The notes: generated by a model from the letters alone, not told the origin. Shown: positions 9,205 through 19,293, counted from the first letter of the stretch. The stretch is DNA of 48,144 nucleotides from Candidatus Veblenbacteria bacterium (GCA_037439965.1 JBBIVB010000003.1:1-48144), one strand, 5' to 3'. Numbers and translations are program-made.

Positions 9205-10623
9205 ATGGCTAAGGTTAAAAAGACATCATCCGTAGAAGATAAAATGGATAAGATAGTTTCGCTCTGTAAGCGACGCGGTTTTATTTTTCCTTCTTCGGAA
9301 ATTTATGGTGGGCTTAACTCTTGTTATGATTATGGACCGTTGGGAGTGGAGTTAAAAAACAACCTAAAAAAGGCATGGTGGAAAAATATGGTGCAATTAA
9401 GGCCTGAAGTAGTTGGTCTTGATTCTTCAATTCTAATGCATCCTAAAATCTGGGAAGCTTCAGGGCACCTGGCTAGTTTTACTGACCCATTAGTTGATTG
9501 TAAATCCTGCAAAAAACGTTTTCGGGCTGATCATTTACTAGAAGATTTTCGTAGTCTTTATCCTAAATGGCAAAAAGAGCCCCCTAAACAGATAAGTGAC
9601 CTAAAATGTCCAGATTGTAATGGTGAATTAACTGTTAAGCGTGATTTTAATTTAATGTTTAAGACTTTCTTGGGTCCTGTAGAGGAGGAGGCGGCGCAGG
9701 TGTATTTACGGCCTGAAACCGCGCAGGGTATTTATGTTAATTTTAATAATGTTCAGCAAGCGGCACGCCTGAAAATTCCTTTTGGTATAGCGCAGATTGG
9801 TAAAGCTTTCCGTAATGAAATTACGCCTGGTAATTTTACTTTCCGCACACGTGAATTTGAGCAAATAGAAATGCAGTGGTTTATCAATCCCCGTGACGCA
9901 GATAAATGGTTTGATTATTGGTTAAAAGAAAGAGTGGCTTGGTATGTAAGCTTGGGTATGACCAAAGAGCATCTACATAATAGAGAACACAAGAAAAATG
10001 AATTAGCACATTATGCCAAGCGAGCAGTTGATATAGAATACCAATTCCCCTTTGCTGGCAACGAAGGATTTAAAGAACTAGAGGGTGTACACAATCGAGG
10101 CGATTGGGATTTGTCCCGGCATAGTAAGTTTTCTGGTCGAGATTTATCATATCGCGATGAAGTTGGTAGGGAAAATTATATACCTTGGGTTATTGAAACT
10201 TCCGGCGGTGTTGATAGGGCGGTTTTAGCATTTTTGCTTGATGCTTATACCGAGGTGGAAGGTGGTCGCACTACCACTACTGAATCCACTAAGGAAAAAG
10301 AAGTAGTATTAAAGTTGCATCCTCAGTTAGCTCCTATTAAAGTGGCTGTTTTGCCGTTATCTAAAAAACCAGAACTGACTCGGGTAGCGCAAGATATTTA
10401 TTCCAAATTAAGCAATTATTTTATGACAGACTATGACGAAGTAGGTTCTATTGGCAGGCGTTACCGCAGGCAAGACGAAATCGGTACTCCTTACTGTGTA
10501 ACGGTTGATTTTGCTAGTTTAGAAGACAAAAAAGTAACAGTCCGTGATCGTGATTCTATGATTCAGGAACGCTTAGCTATTGAAGAATTAACTAGCTATT
10601 TACGATCTAAATTGCCATCATAA
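9205..10623 (+). CDS. glyQS: Glycine--tRNA ligase, homodimeric type
   Basis: KRRGFIFPSSEIYGG, YLRPETAQG, GKAFRNEITP, FRTREFEQ and IGRRYRRQDEIGTP. Confidence 0.97.
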   Translation: MAKVKKTSSVEDKMDKIVSLCKRRGFIFPSSEIYGGLNSCYDYGPLGVELKNNLKKAWWKNMVQLRPEVVGLDSSILMHPKIWEASGHLASFTDPLVDCKSCKKRFRADHLLEDFRSLYPKWQKEPPKQISDLKCPDCNGELTVKRDFNLMFKTFLGPVEEEAAQVYLRPETAQGIYVNFNNVQQAARLKIPFGIAQIGKAFRNEITPGNFTFRTREFEQIEMQWFINPRDADKWFDYWLKERVAWYVSLGMTKEHLHNREHKKNELAHYAKRAVDIEYQFPFAGNEGFKELEGVHNRGDWDLSRHSKFSGRDLSYRDEVGRENYIPWVIETSGGVDRAVLAFLLDAYTEVEGGRTTTTESTKEKEVVLKLHPQLAPIKVAVLPLSKKPELTRVAQDIYSKLSNYFMTDYDEVGSIGRRYRRQDEIGTPYCVTVDFASLEDKKVTVRDRDSMIQERLAIEELTSYLRSKLPS

Positions 10624-10630
10624 AAATAAG

Positions 10631-11899
10631 ATGATAGTTAAACGTTTGCGTTTAAGTAATAGGTTACCTGTAATTTTAGCTGATATTAAAGCCACTGAAG
10701 CTGTAACAGTTTTGGTTTTGGTGCACACTGGCTCTAGACAAGAATCAGCTAAAGAAGCTGGTTTATCTCACTTTTTAGAGCACATGGTTTTTAAAGGCAC
10801 TACTAGTTGGCCAACTGCTTCTCAATTAACTCATTTGATCGATAGTTTAGGTGCTGATTACAATGCTTTTACCAGTAAAGAAATTACTGGTTTTTATATT
10901 AAAGCAGCTAGTGAGCATTTACCTATGATTTTACATATTTTATCAGAGATGGTTTGGCAGCCGATTCTCGACAAGGAAGAAATAAAACGAGAAAAAGAAG
11001 TAATTGTGCAGGAGATAAATATGTATGAAGATAACCCGATTATGTATGTGGAAGATTTATTGGAGCAAAAAATGTTTGCAGGGCATCCTTTGGGTAGGTT
11101 AATTAGTGGTACTCGTGAATCAGTTCGTTCGCTAAAATCAGAACAAGTTAGAAAATATCTAAATAAATTTTATCAGCCACAGAATATGTTGGTGATAGCA
11201 GCTGGCAAAATAACAGCTTCCCATAAAAAATATTTTGCTAAATATTTTTCTACCCCGCGTCCTCGAGCTAGCCGTCTCGTATTTAAATCTCCTCGAGTTA
11301 CTATTACTAAACCGCAAATTATTCTAAAACATAAAGAAACAGAGCAAGTACAAATAGCCATTGGTTTTAAAGCTTTACCTTTACGGAGCAAGGATGCAAT
11401 AACCTTGGAAATTTTGTCTACTATTTTAGGCGGCAATATGAGCTCTCGTCTTTTTGTAAGGATAAGGGAACGTGAGGGTTTGTGTTATTTTATTAAAACT
11501 GGTGTCCAGGCTTATGAACAAGCTGGCTTGGTGGTAATTCAAGCTGGTTTGGATAAAGATCGTTTGCCGCAGGCTATAAAATTAATTAAAGAAGAGTTAA
11601 GTCGGATAACTAAAGAACTCGTAACTAGTGCTGAATTAACCAAAGCCAAAGATTATCTTAAAGGTAGATTATTATTAGCCTTGGAAGATTCAGCCGGAGT
11701 TGCAGATTGGTTAGGTAAACAGATAATGCTGGAACATAAATTAGAAACCACCAAGCAGGTTTTGGCTAAGTTGCAAGCAGTGACGCCAGGTGGTTTAAAA
11801 CGGTTAGCGCGTGCGATATTCAAGCCAGAATGTTATACTTTAGCTGTAATTGGTCCTTATCAGAATACAAAAATTTTGGATAATTTATTAAGGAAATAA
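10631..11899 (+). CDS. M16 family (pitrilysin-like) zinc metallopeptidase
   Basis: Inverzincin HFLEHMVFKGT, NAFT, and MSSRLF.RIREREGLCY. Confidence 0.95.
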   Translation: MIVKRLRLSNRLPVILADIKATEAVTVLVLVHTGSRQESAKEAGLSHFLEHMVFKGTTSWPTASQLTHLIDSLGADYNAFTSKEITGFYIKAASEHLPMILHILSEMVWQPILDKEEIKREKEVIVQEINMYEDNPIMYVEDLLEQKMFAGHPLGRLISGTRESVRSLKSEQVRKYLNKFYQPQNMLVIAAGKITASHKKYFAKYFSTPRPRASRLVFKSPRVTITKPQIILKHKETEQVQIAIGFKALPLRSKDAITLEILSTILGGNMSSRLFVRIREREGLCYFIKTGVQAYEQAGLVVIQAGLDKDRLPQAIKLIKEELSRITKELVTSAELTKAKDYLKGRLLLALEDSAGVADWLGKQIMLEHKLETTKQVLAKLQAVTPGGLKRLARAIFKPECYTLAVIGPYQNTKILDNLLRK

Positions 11900-11906
11900 A
11901 TAATAT

Positions 11907-12962
11907 ATGACTTATCAACAGCATCATTTAACCGATATTTCTTGGGTGAGTATTGTCAAGGTGGTTATAGTGTTAGTTTTATTTTATTTACTTTATTCTA
12001 TTCTAGATATTTTAGGTTTAGTTTTTGTGGCAATGGTCATAGCTGCTGCTTTTGGGCCGTGGGTAGATTGGTTATATAAGCGCCGGGTACCCAGAGCCTT
12101 ATCGGTAATTAGTATATATGTGGTAATTTTTCTAATAATGGCATTGGTGGTTTATTTATTGATACCACCTCTAGTTACACAGATTCATCAATTAGCCAAT
12201 GTTTTACCTAGTTATTATTCGCAAGCTATTTCTGGTCTATCACAAGTACAACAAACAACAGATTTAGAAGCAGCAAATACTATTAAAGATTTTTTGAAAG
12301 ATATTGGTTTAGGTTTAACTAAAGCCGCTTCTTCTATTGTTGGTATGGTGACAGGAATTTTTGGTGGCATTGTGCAGTTGACTATAGTTTTAGTGATAAG
12401 TTTTTATTTGATAGTTCAGGAAGACGGTTTAAAACGTTTTTTAAGGTCTTTAACACCAACCAAATATCAACCTTATATTATACAGCTGTTGGGGAGAATT
12501 AATATTAAACTAGGCGCTTGGTTTAGGGCACAATTAGTATTAATGTTAGCCGTGGGCATCTTGACCTTTATAGGTTTGCAACTAGTTGGTATGGATTATG
12601 TCTTGATATTAGCTTTATGGGCAGGTTTAACAGAAATAATTCCTTATGTTGGTCCTATTATTGGTGCTATTCCAGCGGTCTTTTTAGCTTTTACTATTTC
12701 TCCTTGGCAGGGTTTGATAGTAACTTTGATTTATATAGTGGTACAGCAGTTAGAAAATAATATTTTAGTACCTAGCATTATGCGTCGGGCAGTAGGTTTG
12801 AATCCTATTATTTCCATCGTCGTTATTTTAATAGGCGCCAAGTGGGGTGGAATTATGGGAGCGGTTTTATCTATTCCCTTGGCTACAGTTTTAGCTGTTA
12901 TTTTATCTGATGTGTTTGATGATTGGAAAACCGATGATAGTGGCGGACTACAGATTTGGTAG
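11907..12962 (+). CDS. AI-2E family transporter (PerM/UPF0118-like)
   Basis: Many TM helices; IPYVGP, QQLENNILVP, GLNP and GAVLSIP motifs. Confidence 0.92.
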   Translation: MTYQQHHLTDISWVSIVKVVIVLVLFYLLYSILDILGLVFVAMVIAAAFGPWVDWLYKRRVPRALSVISIYVVIFLIMALVVYLLIPPLVTQIHQLANVLPSYYSQAISGLSQVQQTTDLEAANTIKDFLKDIGLGLTKAASSIVGMVTGIFGGIVQLTIVLVISFYLIVQEDGLKRFLRSLTPTKYQPYIIQLLGRINIKLGAWFRAQLVLMLAVGILTFIGLQLVGMDYVLILALWAGLTEIIPYVGPIIGAIPAVFLAFTISPWQGLIVTLIYIVVQQLENNILVPSIMRRAVGLNPIISIVVILIGAKWGGIMGAVLSIPLATVLAVILSDVFDDWKTDDSGGLQIW

Positions 12963-12991
12963 AACAAATTAAAAAGGAGTAATTTCAAGAC

Positions 12992-13666
12992 ATGGCTGGA
13001 ATTTTATATATCGTAGGAACGCCCATTGGCAACCTTGAAGATATAACTTTAAGGGCCGTTAGGATATTGCAGGAAATAGATTGGGTAGTGTGTGAAGATA
13101 CTAGAGTAGCTAGTAAATTGCTAAATTATCTACAAATAGATAAAAAATTATACTCACTGCATCAGCATAGTAACGAGGTTGTTTTGGCTGCAGTTTTAAA
13201 TTTATTAAAACAAGGGCAGATTTTAGCTTATATTACTGATGCTGGTACACCAGGTATAGCTGACCCAGGAGGTTTATTAGTAGCCGAAGCAGTAAAACTT
13301 GGAATAAAAGTAATTCCTATTCCTGGCGTCTCGGCTTTATCTTGTGCTTTATCAGTAGCCGGCATAAATTTACAAGAATTTGTTTTTTTAGGTTGGCCGC
13401 CGCATAAAAAAGGTCGGCAAACTTTTTTTAAGCAAGTTGCGGAAAGCCAGTACCCAGTAGTTTTCTTTGAATCTACTTATCGTATAGTTAAAACACTTAA
13501 GCAGTTGTCCGCTATAATACCTTCTAGAAAATTAATTATCGCCCGTGAATTAACAAAAAAATTTGAAACTATTTATCGTGGCACGGGTGCAGAAATCTTG
13601 AACCAGCTCAAAGATACCTCGACTAAAGGCGAGTTCGTTGTTATTGTTAATAAAGAAGACAGGTAG
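12992..13666 (+). CDS. rsmI: 16S rRNA (cytidine1402-2'-O)-methyltransferase
   Basis: LYIVGTPIGNLEDIT, CEDTR, DAGTPGIADPG, RELTKKFE and KGEFV. Confidence 0.96.
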   Translation: MAGILYIVGTPIGNLEDITLRAVRILQEIDWVVCEDTRVASKLLNYLQIDKKLYSLHQHSNEVVLAAVLNLLKQGQILAYITDAGTPGIADPGGLLVAEAVKLGIKVIPIPGVSALSCALSVAGINLQEFVFLGWPPHKKGRQTFFKQVAESQYPVVFFESTYRIVKTLKQLSAIIPSRKLIIARELTKKFETIYRGTGAEILNQLKDTSTKGEFVVIVNKEDR

Positions 13667-13669
13667 AAT

Positions 13670-15082
13670 ATGGGCAAATTTTACATTACAACACCAATTT
13701 ATTATGTGAATGATAAACCACATCTGGGTCATGCTTATACTACTTTATGCGCTGATGTTTTAGCGCGCTGGCATAGGCAGCAAGGAGATAAGGTTTTCTT
13801 TTTGACTGGCACTGATGAGCATGGTGCTAAAGTTGAGCAAGCGGCCCAAAGTAGTGGTTTAACACCCCAAGAGTTTGTGGATAAAACTTCGCAAACTTTT
13901 AAAGATGCTTGGGCCAAACTTGGATTGTCTTATGATTATTTTATTCGTACTTCTCAATCAGAACATGAAAAAGTAGTTCAGGATTTACTTAAGCGGATTT
14001 ATGACCGGGGATATATTTATGCTGGCGAATATAGGGGACTTTATTGTGTTGGTTGTGAAAAATTTTTGCAGGAAGGCGATTTGGTAAATGGTGTTTGCCA
14101 GTTACATCCTAACGAGAAGCCGGTGACTCAAAAGGAAAAAAATTATTTTTTCAAATTATCAGCCTTTCGAGAAAAATTACTGAAAGCTATAGAGCAGAAT
14201 AAATATCAAATTTTTCCTGAAGAGCGAAAAAATGAAGTCGTAGGAAAACTAAAACAAGGATTAGAAGATGTTTCTATTTCCCGTTCCCAAGTAACTTGGG
14301 GAGTGCCGGTGCCGTGGGATGATACACAAACCGTTTATGTTTGGATTGATGCTCTAATCAATTATTATTCAGCTACTCAATTTGTAAGTAACGCTCAAGG
14401 TTTTTGGCCGACCCAGGTTCATTTACTAGGTAAAGATATTTTATGGTTTCATGCGGTAATTTGGGAAGCACTTTTAATGGCTGCTGATTTGTCATTGCCT
14501 CAAATTGTAGCTGCCCATGGTTTTTTTACTGTAGATGGGCAGAAAATGTCTAAATCTTTAGGTAATGTAATTGACCCGGCTGATTTAGTAAATGAATTTG
14601 GGCTTGAAGCCACCAGATATCTTATTTTATCGCAATTGTCTTTTACTACCGATGGCGATATTTCCCTAAATCGTTTTCGCGAACGTTACCAAAGTGATTT
14701 GGCTAATGGTTTGGGTAATACTTTTTCTCGTGTTACAAATATGGCAGAAAAGTTTTGCCAAGGTAAAGTATCTCGCGGGGAGGTAGAATTATGTATTGAT
14801 AAAGAGTTAGATAATTTTAAATTTGATGCTGCTTTGGGTTTAATAATAAGAGCTTCAAGATTAATTGATCGACAGATTGACGAAGAGAAGCCATGGAATC
14901 TAACCAAGAAAAGTGATAATAAAAAAGCAGCCGAGTTAATTGAAGGTTGGATTAAACAATTAAGGGGTATAGCCAAAGCATTAGAGCCTTTTATGCCGCA
15001 AACTAGTAATACTATTCAACAAGCGCTTTCTACTGATACAATTACTAAAGTGGCACCTTTATTCCCTCGGTTAAATTCATAA
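13670..15082 (+). CDS. metG: Methionine--tRNA ligase (short form)
   Basis: YITTPIYYVN, HLGH, GTDEHG, YVWIDAL and KMSKS; ends LFPR. Confidence 0.97.
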   Translation: MGKFYITTPIYYVNDKPHLGHAYTTLCADVLARWHRQQGDKVFFLTGTDEHGAKVEQAAQSSGLTPQEFVDKTSQTFKDAWAKLGLSYDYFIRTSQSEHEKVVQDLLKRIYDRGYIYAGEYRGLYCVGCEKFLQEGDLVNGVCQLHPNEKPVTQKEKNYFFKLSAFREKLLKAIEQNKYQIFPEERKNEVVGKLKQGLEDVSISRSQVTWGVPVPWDDTQTVYVWIDALINYYSATQFVSNAQGFWPTQVHLLGKDILWFHAVIWEALLMAADLSLPQIVAAHGFFTVDGQKMSKSLGNVIDPADLVNEFGLEATRYLILSQLSFTTDGDISLNRFRERYQSDLANGLGNTFSRVTNMAEKFCQGKVSRGEVELCIDKELDNFKFDAALGLIIRASRLIDRQIDEEKPWNLTKKSDNKKAAELIEGWIKQLRGIAKALEPFMPQTSNTIQQALSTDTITKVAPLFPRLNS

Positions 15083-15142
15083 TTAAATTTATTTTATCAC
15101 TAGCAACTAAGAATTAGTGGCTAGGAATGAGGAACTAAACTT

Positions 15143-15676
15143 ATGACATTATTTGACGGTTTTTTACTATTAATACTCTTTGCTTTTATTTGGTTTGGGG
15201 TGTGGTTTGGGTTCATTCATACTCTGGGAGCATTATTAGGCACTATAGCCGGAGCTTTCTTTGCCAGCAGATTATATCTACCAGTTTTTTCTTTGGTAAT
15301 TTATTGGACTGGCTATGATGATGATTGGCTTAAAATTCTGATATTTTTTATAATTTTTATAATAATCAATAGATTGGTTGGTTTTGTTTTTTATTTATTA
15401 GATAGAACTTTCCGATTTGTTAGTTTTATACCTTTTTTAAAAACTATCAATCGTTTAAGTGGAGCGGCTTTAGGACTATTAGAAGGCGGCTTGTCTTTAG
15501 GATTAGTTTTATATCTTACCGGGTCGGTAACTTTACCAGATTGGTTACAGCAGGCAATTGCCAATTCTGATATAGCGCAAAGTCTAATTGTGTTAGCTGG
15601 TGTGTTGATTCCATTATTGCCAGAAGTGTTGGAAAGGATTCAGCCTTACGTGCCGAATGTTAATTTATCTATTTAA
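15143..15676 (+). CDS. CvpA family membrane protein
   Basis: Four TM helices with FD...G..GFI and INRLSGAALGLLEG, typical of CvpA. Confidence 0.85.
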   Translation: MTLFDGFLLLILFAFIWFGVWFGFIHTLGALLGTIAGAFFASRLYLPVFSLVIYWTGYDDDWLKILIFFIIFIIINRLVGFVFYLLDRTFRFVSFIPFLKTINRLSGAALGLLEGGLSLGLVLYLTGSVTLPDWLQQAIANSDIAQSLIVLAGVLIPLLPEVLERIQPYVPNVNLSI

Positions 15677-15679
15677 TAA

Positions 15680-16519
15680 ATGTTGATTGATACTCATTGT
15701 CATTTGAATTTTCGGGCGTTTAAAGATGATGTAGATAAAGTAATAAAACACGCAGATGAGGCAGGGGTGTTTCGCATTATTAATGTTGGCAGTCAATGGG
15801 AAACAAGCAAGCGGGCGGTAAAGTTAGCACAAACTTATGGTACTTTATATGCTGCCATTGGGCTTCATCCAATACATCTCTATGAACAGGAAGTAGATGA
15901 GGAAGAAACACATTTTAAAACCAGGACTGAGATTTTTGATATTAAAAAATATACTGAATTAGCTCATGGTGCTAAAGATAAAGTAGTAGCTGTGGGGGAG
16001 TGTGGTTTGGATTATCATCGTTTTCCTGACAAGGTTGACCAAACTGAAGTTAAGACTAGACAACAAGAATTATTTAAGCAGCATATTAAGTTGGCCAGTG
16101 AAGTGGGTTTACCAATCATTATTCATTGTCGCGAAGCTTATGATGATATTTTTAAAATTTTAGAAACATCGATTAGTGAAGGTTTATTATCCAAGCGTGG
16201 TGTTAGCCATTGTTTTTTAGGAACGAAAGCGCAGGCTAAGAAACTATTAGATTTAGGGTTTTTATTATCATTTACTGGTATTATTACTTTTAAGAACGTC
16301 AAGTCTGAATTATTAGAAGTAGTAAAACAAACACCTTTAGAGCGAATAATGATAGAAACTGATGCTCCTTATTTAGCACCTCAAGCTTATCGGGGAATGC
16401 TTAATGAGCCGGCTTATGTGGTAGAAGTTGCCAAAAAAATCGCCGAGTTAAAAAATATAGATTTTAAGGAAGTAGCCAAAATTACCACCCAGAATGCTAT
16501 AGATTTATTTAATCTATAA
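15680..16519 (+). CDS. tatD: TatD family hydrolase/nuclease
   Basis: IDTHCHL, GLHP, VGECGLDY, IIHCR, HCF and IETDAPYL. Confidence 0.95.
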   Translation: MLIDTHCHLNFRAFKDDVDKVIKHADEAGVFRIINVGSQWETSKRAVKLAQTYGTLYAAIGLHPIHLYEQEVDEEETHFKTRTEIFDIKKYTELAHGAKDKVVAVGECGLDYHRFPDKVDQTEVKTRQQELFKQHIKLASEVGLPIIIHCREAYDDIFKILETSISEGLLSKRGVSHCFLGTKAQAKKLLDLGFLLSFTGIITFKNVKSELLEVVKQTPLERIMIETDAPYLAPQAYRGMLNEPAYVVEVAKKIAELKNIDFKEVAKITTQNAIDLFNL

Positions 16520-16547
16520 AGACCAAAATATAATATTATTTATTTTA

Positions 16548-16573
16548 AGGAACAATTTGCGTGAATTGTTTCT
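16548..16573 (+). terminator. Possible terminator after tatD
   Basis: GGAACAATT-tgcgtg-AATTGTTTC stem with a T-rich tail. Confidence 0.4.
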
Positions 16574-16592
16574 AGATTTTATTTTGTAACTA

Positions 16593-16654
16593 TTGACAAG
16601 TAGGTTATTTTTATAATAATATGGAATGCTATAAAAAATTTGGTTCTTTAAAAA
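16593..16654 (+). promoter_or_regulatory. Sigma70 promoter plus boxA-like motif
   Basis: TTGACA (16593-16598), N18, TAATAT; GTTCTTTAAAAA at 16643-16654. Confidence 0.6.
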
Positions 16655-16675
16655 TCAATCAAGAATAGGTGCTAT

Positions 16676-17464
16676 ATGAACGATATAAGTGGTCTTGATC
16701 TAGGTCCGTGTTTACAATGGTATACTGTTAATGAAAAAAGGATTCAATTTGTACTTTCACCTGTATTTAAATCAAAATCTCCAATTGATATTCAAACTAA
16801 AAATATTTCTGATCTGCCGATTACTAAAGAAATTCTAGGCGGTGCATGGCAGCTTTATCCAGAATCAGCCAGACAAAGATCAATTTTGCGATTGATTATT
16901 GGAGGCTCTAAAAAATGGTTTCATAAAAGTTCAAGCCCAAATATTATAACTACTACCTATAATATAGGTAAGGCTTTATCACCAACCGCTATTGTTCCCG
17001 GTAGAACCGACTATATTTGGGAACCTGATAATAAACAGGCAAGAATATATCTTTATGAAATGGATGTTAAGTCAAGTATTGCAACTATTGTTCTAATTCA
17101 GACATTTTTGCATGAAATAGCTCATACCTTGTTAGTTTCAGCCTATTACTTACGTAATTATAGATTGTGTATGCCAGACGAAAAGGATATCGCAGGCATA
17201 AGCTTTTTTCAAAAATTTTTAAAAGTAGCGAGTAAATATTCACCAATCTCACATTATGCTAGCTTTTACCCTCTCCAATGTTTATCTTTAAAAGACACAA
17301 AGAGATATTATATAAATGTCAGTGAGCATATTTGTGAGAGTGTGGCAGCTTATTTATTAGGCTTCACCTTTTGTTTAGAGGAAGATAAGTGCTGGACCCC
17401 CTTTAAGGGTCGAGCTGACCTCTATGATTTGATTGCTGACTTCCTTGAAGCACGGTGCAAATAA
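16676..17464 (+). CDS. Hypothetical zincin-like metallopeptidase
   Basis: HExxH (FLHEIAH) with downstream SHYA...SEHICESVAAY; no obvious signal peptide. Confidence 0.65.
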   Translation: MNDISGLDLGPCLQWYTVNEKRIQFVLSPVFKSKSPIDIQTKNISDLPITKEILGGAWQLYPESARQRSILRLIIGGSKKWFHKSSSPNIITTTYNIGKALSPTAIVPGRTDYIWEPDNKQARIYLYEMDVKSSIATIVLIQTFLHEIAHTLLVSAYYLRNYRLCMPDEKDIAGISFFQKFLKVASKYSPISHYASFYPLQCLSLKDTKRYYINVSEHICESVAAYLLGFTFCLEEDKCWTPFKGRADLYDLIADFLEARCK

Positions 17465-17478
17465 AATAGTATATTTTT

Positions 17479-17510
17479 AAGGTTTGGATAATTATTTCCA
17501 AACCTTTTTT
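17479..17510 (+). terminator. Intrinsic terminator
   Basis: AAGGTTTGGA-taattatt-TCCAAACCTT followed by a T run. Confidence 0.8.
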
Positions 17511-17529
17511 ATTTTGTTATCATTAGAAT

Positions 17530-18573
17530 ATGAGTTTGGAGTTTATTGTTTTATTACTGATAGTTTTAGGCGGGTTTATCGTCTTATTTTTATTACTAAA
17601 ATCGCGTTTTTCTAAAGGTTCGCTAGTTGATCAAAACAGCTTGCTATTATTGCAAAATCAGCTTAATGAAATTACCAGAACTTTGGATAATAAATTAGGG
17701 GAATCTACTAAAGTTATACAACAGCAATTTGGTGAGTCGGCTAAGATTATCCGCGATGTTACTGAGCGTTTAACTAAGTTAGATGAAACTAATCGGCAAG
17801 TGGTTAACTTTGCTGACCAATTACAAAATTTACAAGATATTTTAAAAAATCCCAAGCAACGAGGAATTTTGGGTGAATATTATTTAGAAACTTTACTTAA
17901 AAATGTTTTACCAACAGGTAGTTACCAAATGCAGTATGAATTTCGCGATGGAACAGTTGTGGATGCGGTCGTTTTTGTTAAAGATAGGATTATCCCTATA
18001 GATTCTAAATTTTCTTTGGAAAATTATAATCGTCTGGTCGAAGAACGCGATGCGGCAGAACGCGAAAGATTAGAAAAAGCTTTTAAAGCTGATTTGAAAA
18101 ATCGCATTGACGAAACAGCTAAGTATGTAAAGCCAGGTGAAAAAACTATGGACTTTGCTTTTATGTTTATTCCCCACGAAGCAATTTATTATGATTTGCT
18201 AGTGGCGCAAGTTGGTGCAGTAAAAGTTAATACTCGCGATTTGATTGAATACGCTTTTAAAGAAAAACATGTGATTATTGTTTCGCCAACTTCCTTTTTA
18301 GCTTATTTGCAAACTGTGCTGCAGGGATTAAAAGCTTTACAAATTGAAGAATCAGCTAAAGAAATTAGGAAAAATGTGGAAGCGTTAGGCAGACATTTAT
18401 CATCTTATGATGAATATATGCGTAAACTTGGTAATAATCTTGGTACCACTGTGAATATGTATAATTCAGCTTACAAAGAGTTTGCTAAAGTAGATAAAGA
18501 TGTGATGAAAATTTCAGGCAAAGCTATTGAAATTGAACCATTAAGTTTAGATAAACCAAAAAATGAAGAATAA
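17530..18573 (+). CDS. rmuC: DNA recombination protein RmuC
   Basis: N-terminal TM and coiled coil; NPKQRG.LGE..LE, IPIDSKF, AFMFIP.E and VSPT. Confidence 0.93.
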   Translation: MSLEFIVLLLIVLGGFIVLFLLLKSRFSKGSLVDQNSLLLLQNQLNEITRTLDNKLGESTKVIQQQFGESAKIIRDVTERLTKLDETNRQVVNFADQLQNLQDILKNPKQRGILGEYYLETLLKNVLPTGSYQMQYEFRDGTVVDAVVFVKDRIIPIDSKFSLENYNRLVEERDAAERERLEKAFKADLKNRIDETAKYVKPGEKTMDFAFMFIPHEAIYYDLLVAQVGAVKVNTRDLIEYAFKEKHVIIVSPTSFLAYLQTVLQGLKALQIEESAKEIRKNVEALGRHLSSYDEYMRKLGNNLGTTVNMYNSAYKEFAKVDKDVMKISGKAIEIEPLSLDKPKNEE

Positions 18574-18591
18574 TGATACTTTAAATATTTT

Positions 18592-18693
18592 AGGCTAAGA
18601 TAGCGTTCGAAAAATGTGGATTAGATTTAGTAGTTTTTTAAAAGCAGGAGGGTCATAAAATTTAGACCTAATATTGTGAGCGCATCTTAGCCT
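18592..18693. ncRNA. Candidate structured RNA 1 (102 nt, long terminal stem with bulged A)
   Basis: AGGCTAAGAT-A-GCGTTC pairs with GAGCGC-ATCTTAGCCT; T-rich tail. Family not recognised. Confidence 0.35.
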
Positions 18694-18766
18694 TTTATTT
18701 TTTAAATATTAAAAAAGTATTGTTAATAAAATAATGAAGAAGAAATAGCAATTTTTAAAAATAATT

Positions 18767-18868
18767 GCAGCGATGACACGTTTCTATACACTACTTCCTT
18801 TCTGATTTTTTTGGGTACTAGTAGTTTGGTCAGTTTGAACTCACTAAAACTACGCAGTGTCACGCTGC
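18767..18868. ncRNA. Candidate structured RNA 2 (102 nt, terminal stem with bulged A)
   Basis: GCAGCG-A-TGACAC pairs with GTGTCA-CGCTGC; internal GTAGTTT/AAACTAC helix; T-rich tail. Family not recognised. Confidence 0.35.
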
Positions 18869-18938
18869 TTTTTTATTTGTTCAGTTTTACTTATTTTATT
18901 AAAATTTCTCTTAAATTAGCTAAAAATAATATAAATAA

Positions 18939-18967
18939 TTGACATATCTTAAATAACAAGTTATAAT
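18939..18967 (+). promoter_or_regulatory. Consensus sigma70 promoter of the atp operon
   Basis: TTGACA-N17-TATAAT, exact consensus. Confidence 0.85.
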
Positions 18968-19005
18968 ATTCCCTTAGGGTATTTAATTTTATCTTTTATG
19001 ATTTT

Positions 19006-19293
19006 ATGGTTGCTTTTGAAACCCGAAATTGGTGGCGAACACCATTGCAGATTTTTTCCGAAATCACCGGTTTGATTGTAGTACCAATAGTAGCCGCTCT
19101 TTATTTAGGTAAATGGTTGGACAAAAAATATAATAGTGAACCGTGGTTAACGGTAATAACAGTTTGTATTGGAATCACTATGGCAGTAATTTTCGTCTAT
19201 CGTATAGCTTATAAATATATTAGAGAAATTGAGAAAGAAGCAAGAAAGGTAAAATATCATAATGATCATAGCTCAAGAGATACTAGTAGTTAA
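19006..19293 (+). CDS. AtpZ/AtpI family ATP synthase accessory protein
   Basis: Two TM helices with LGKWLD...SEPW; first gene of the atp operon. Confidence 0.85.
   Translation: MVAFETRNWWRTPLQIFSEITGLIVVPIVAALYLGKWLDKKYNSEPWLTVITVCIGITMAVIFVYRIAYKYIREIEKEARKVKYHNDHSSRDTSS

Noticed and set aside
18767-18868. SRP (4.5S) RNA on the minus strand (TCAGAAAGGAAGTAG resembles domain IV)
   Set aside because: The CAGG-N-GNRA-N-AGCA hairpin cannot be formed and the segment is not at the apex of the stem.
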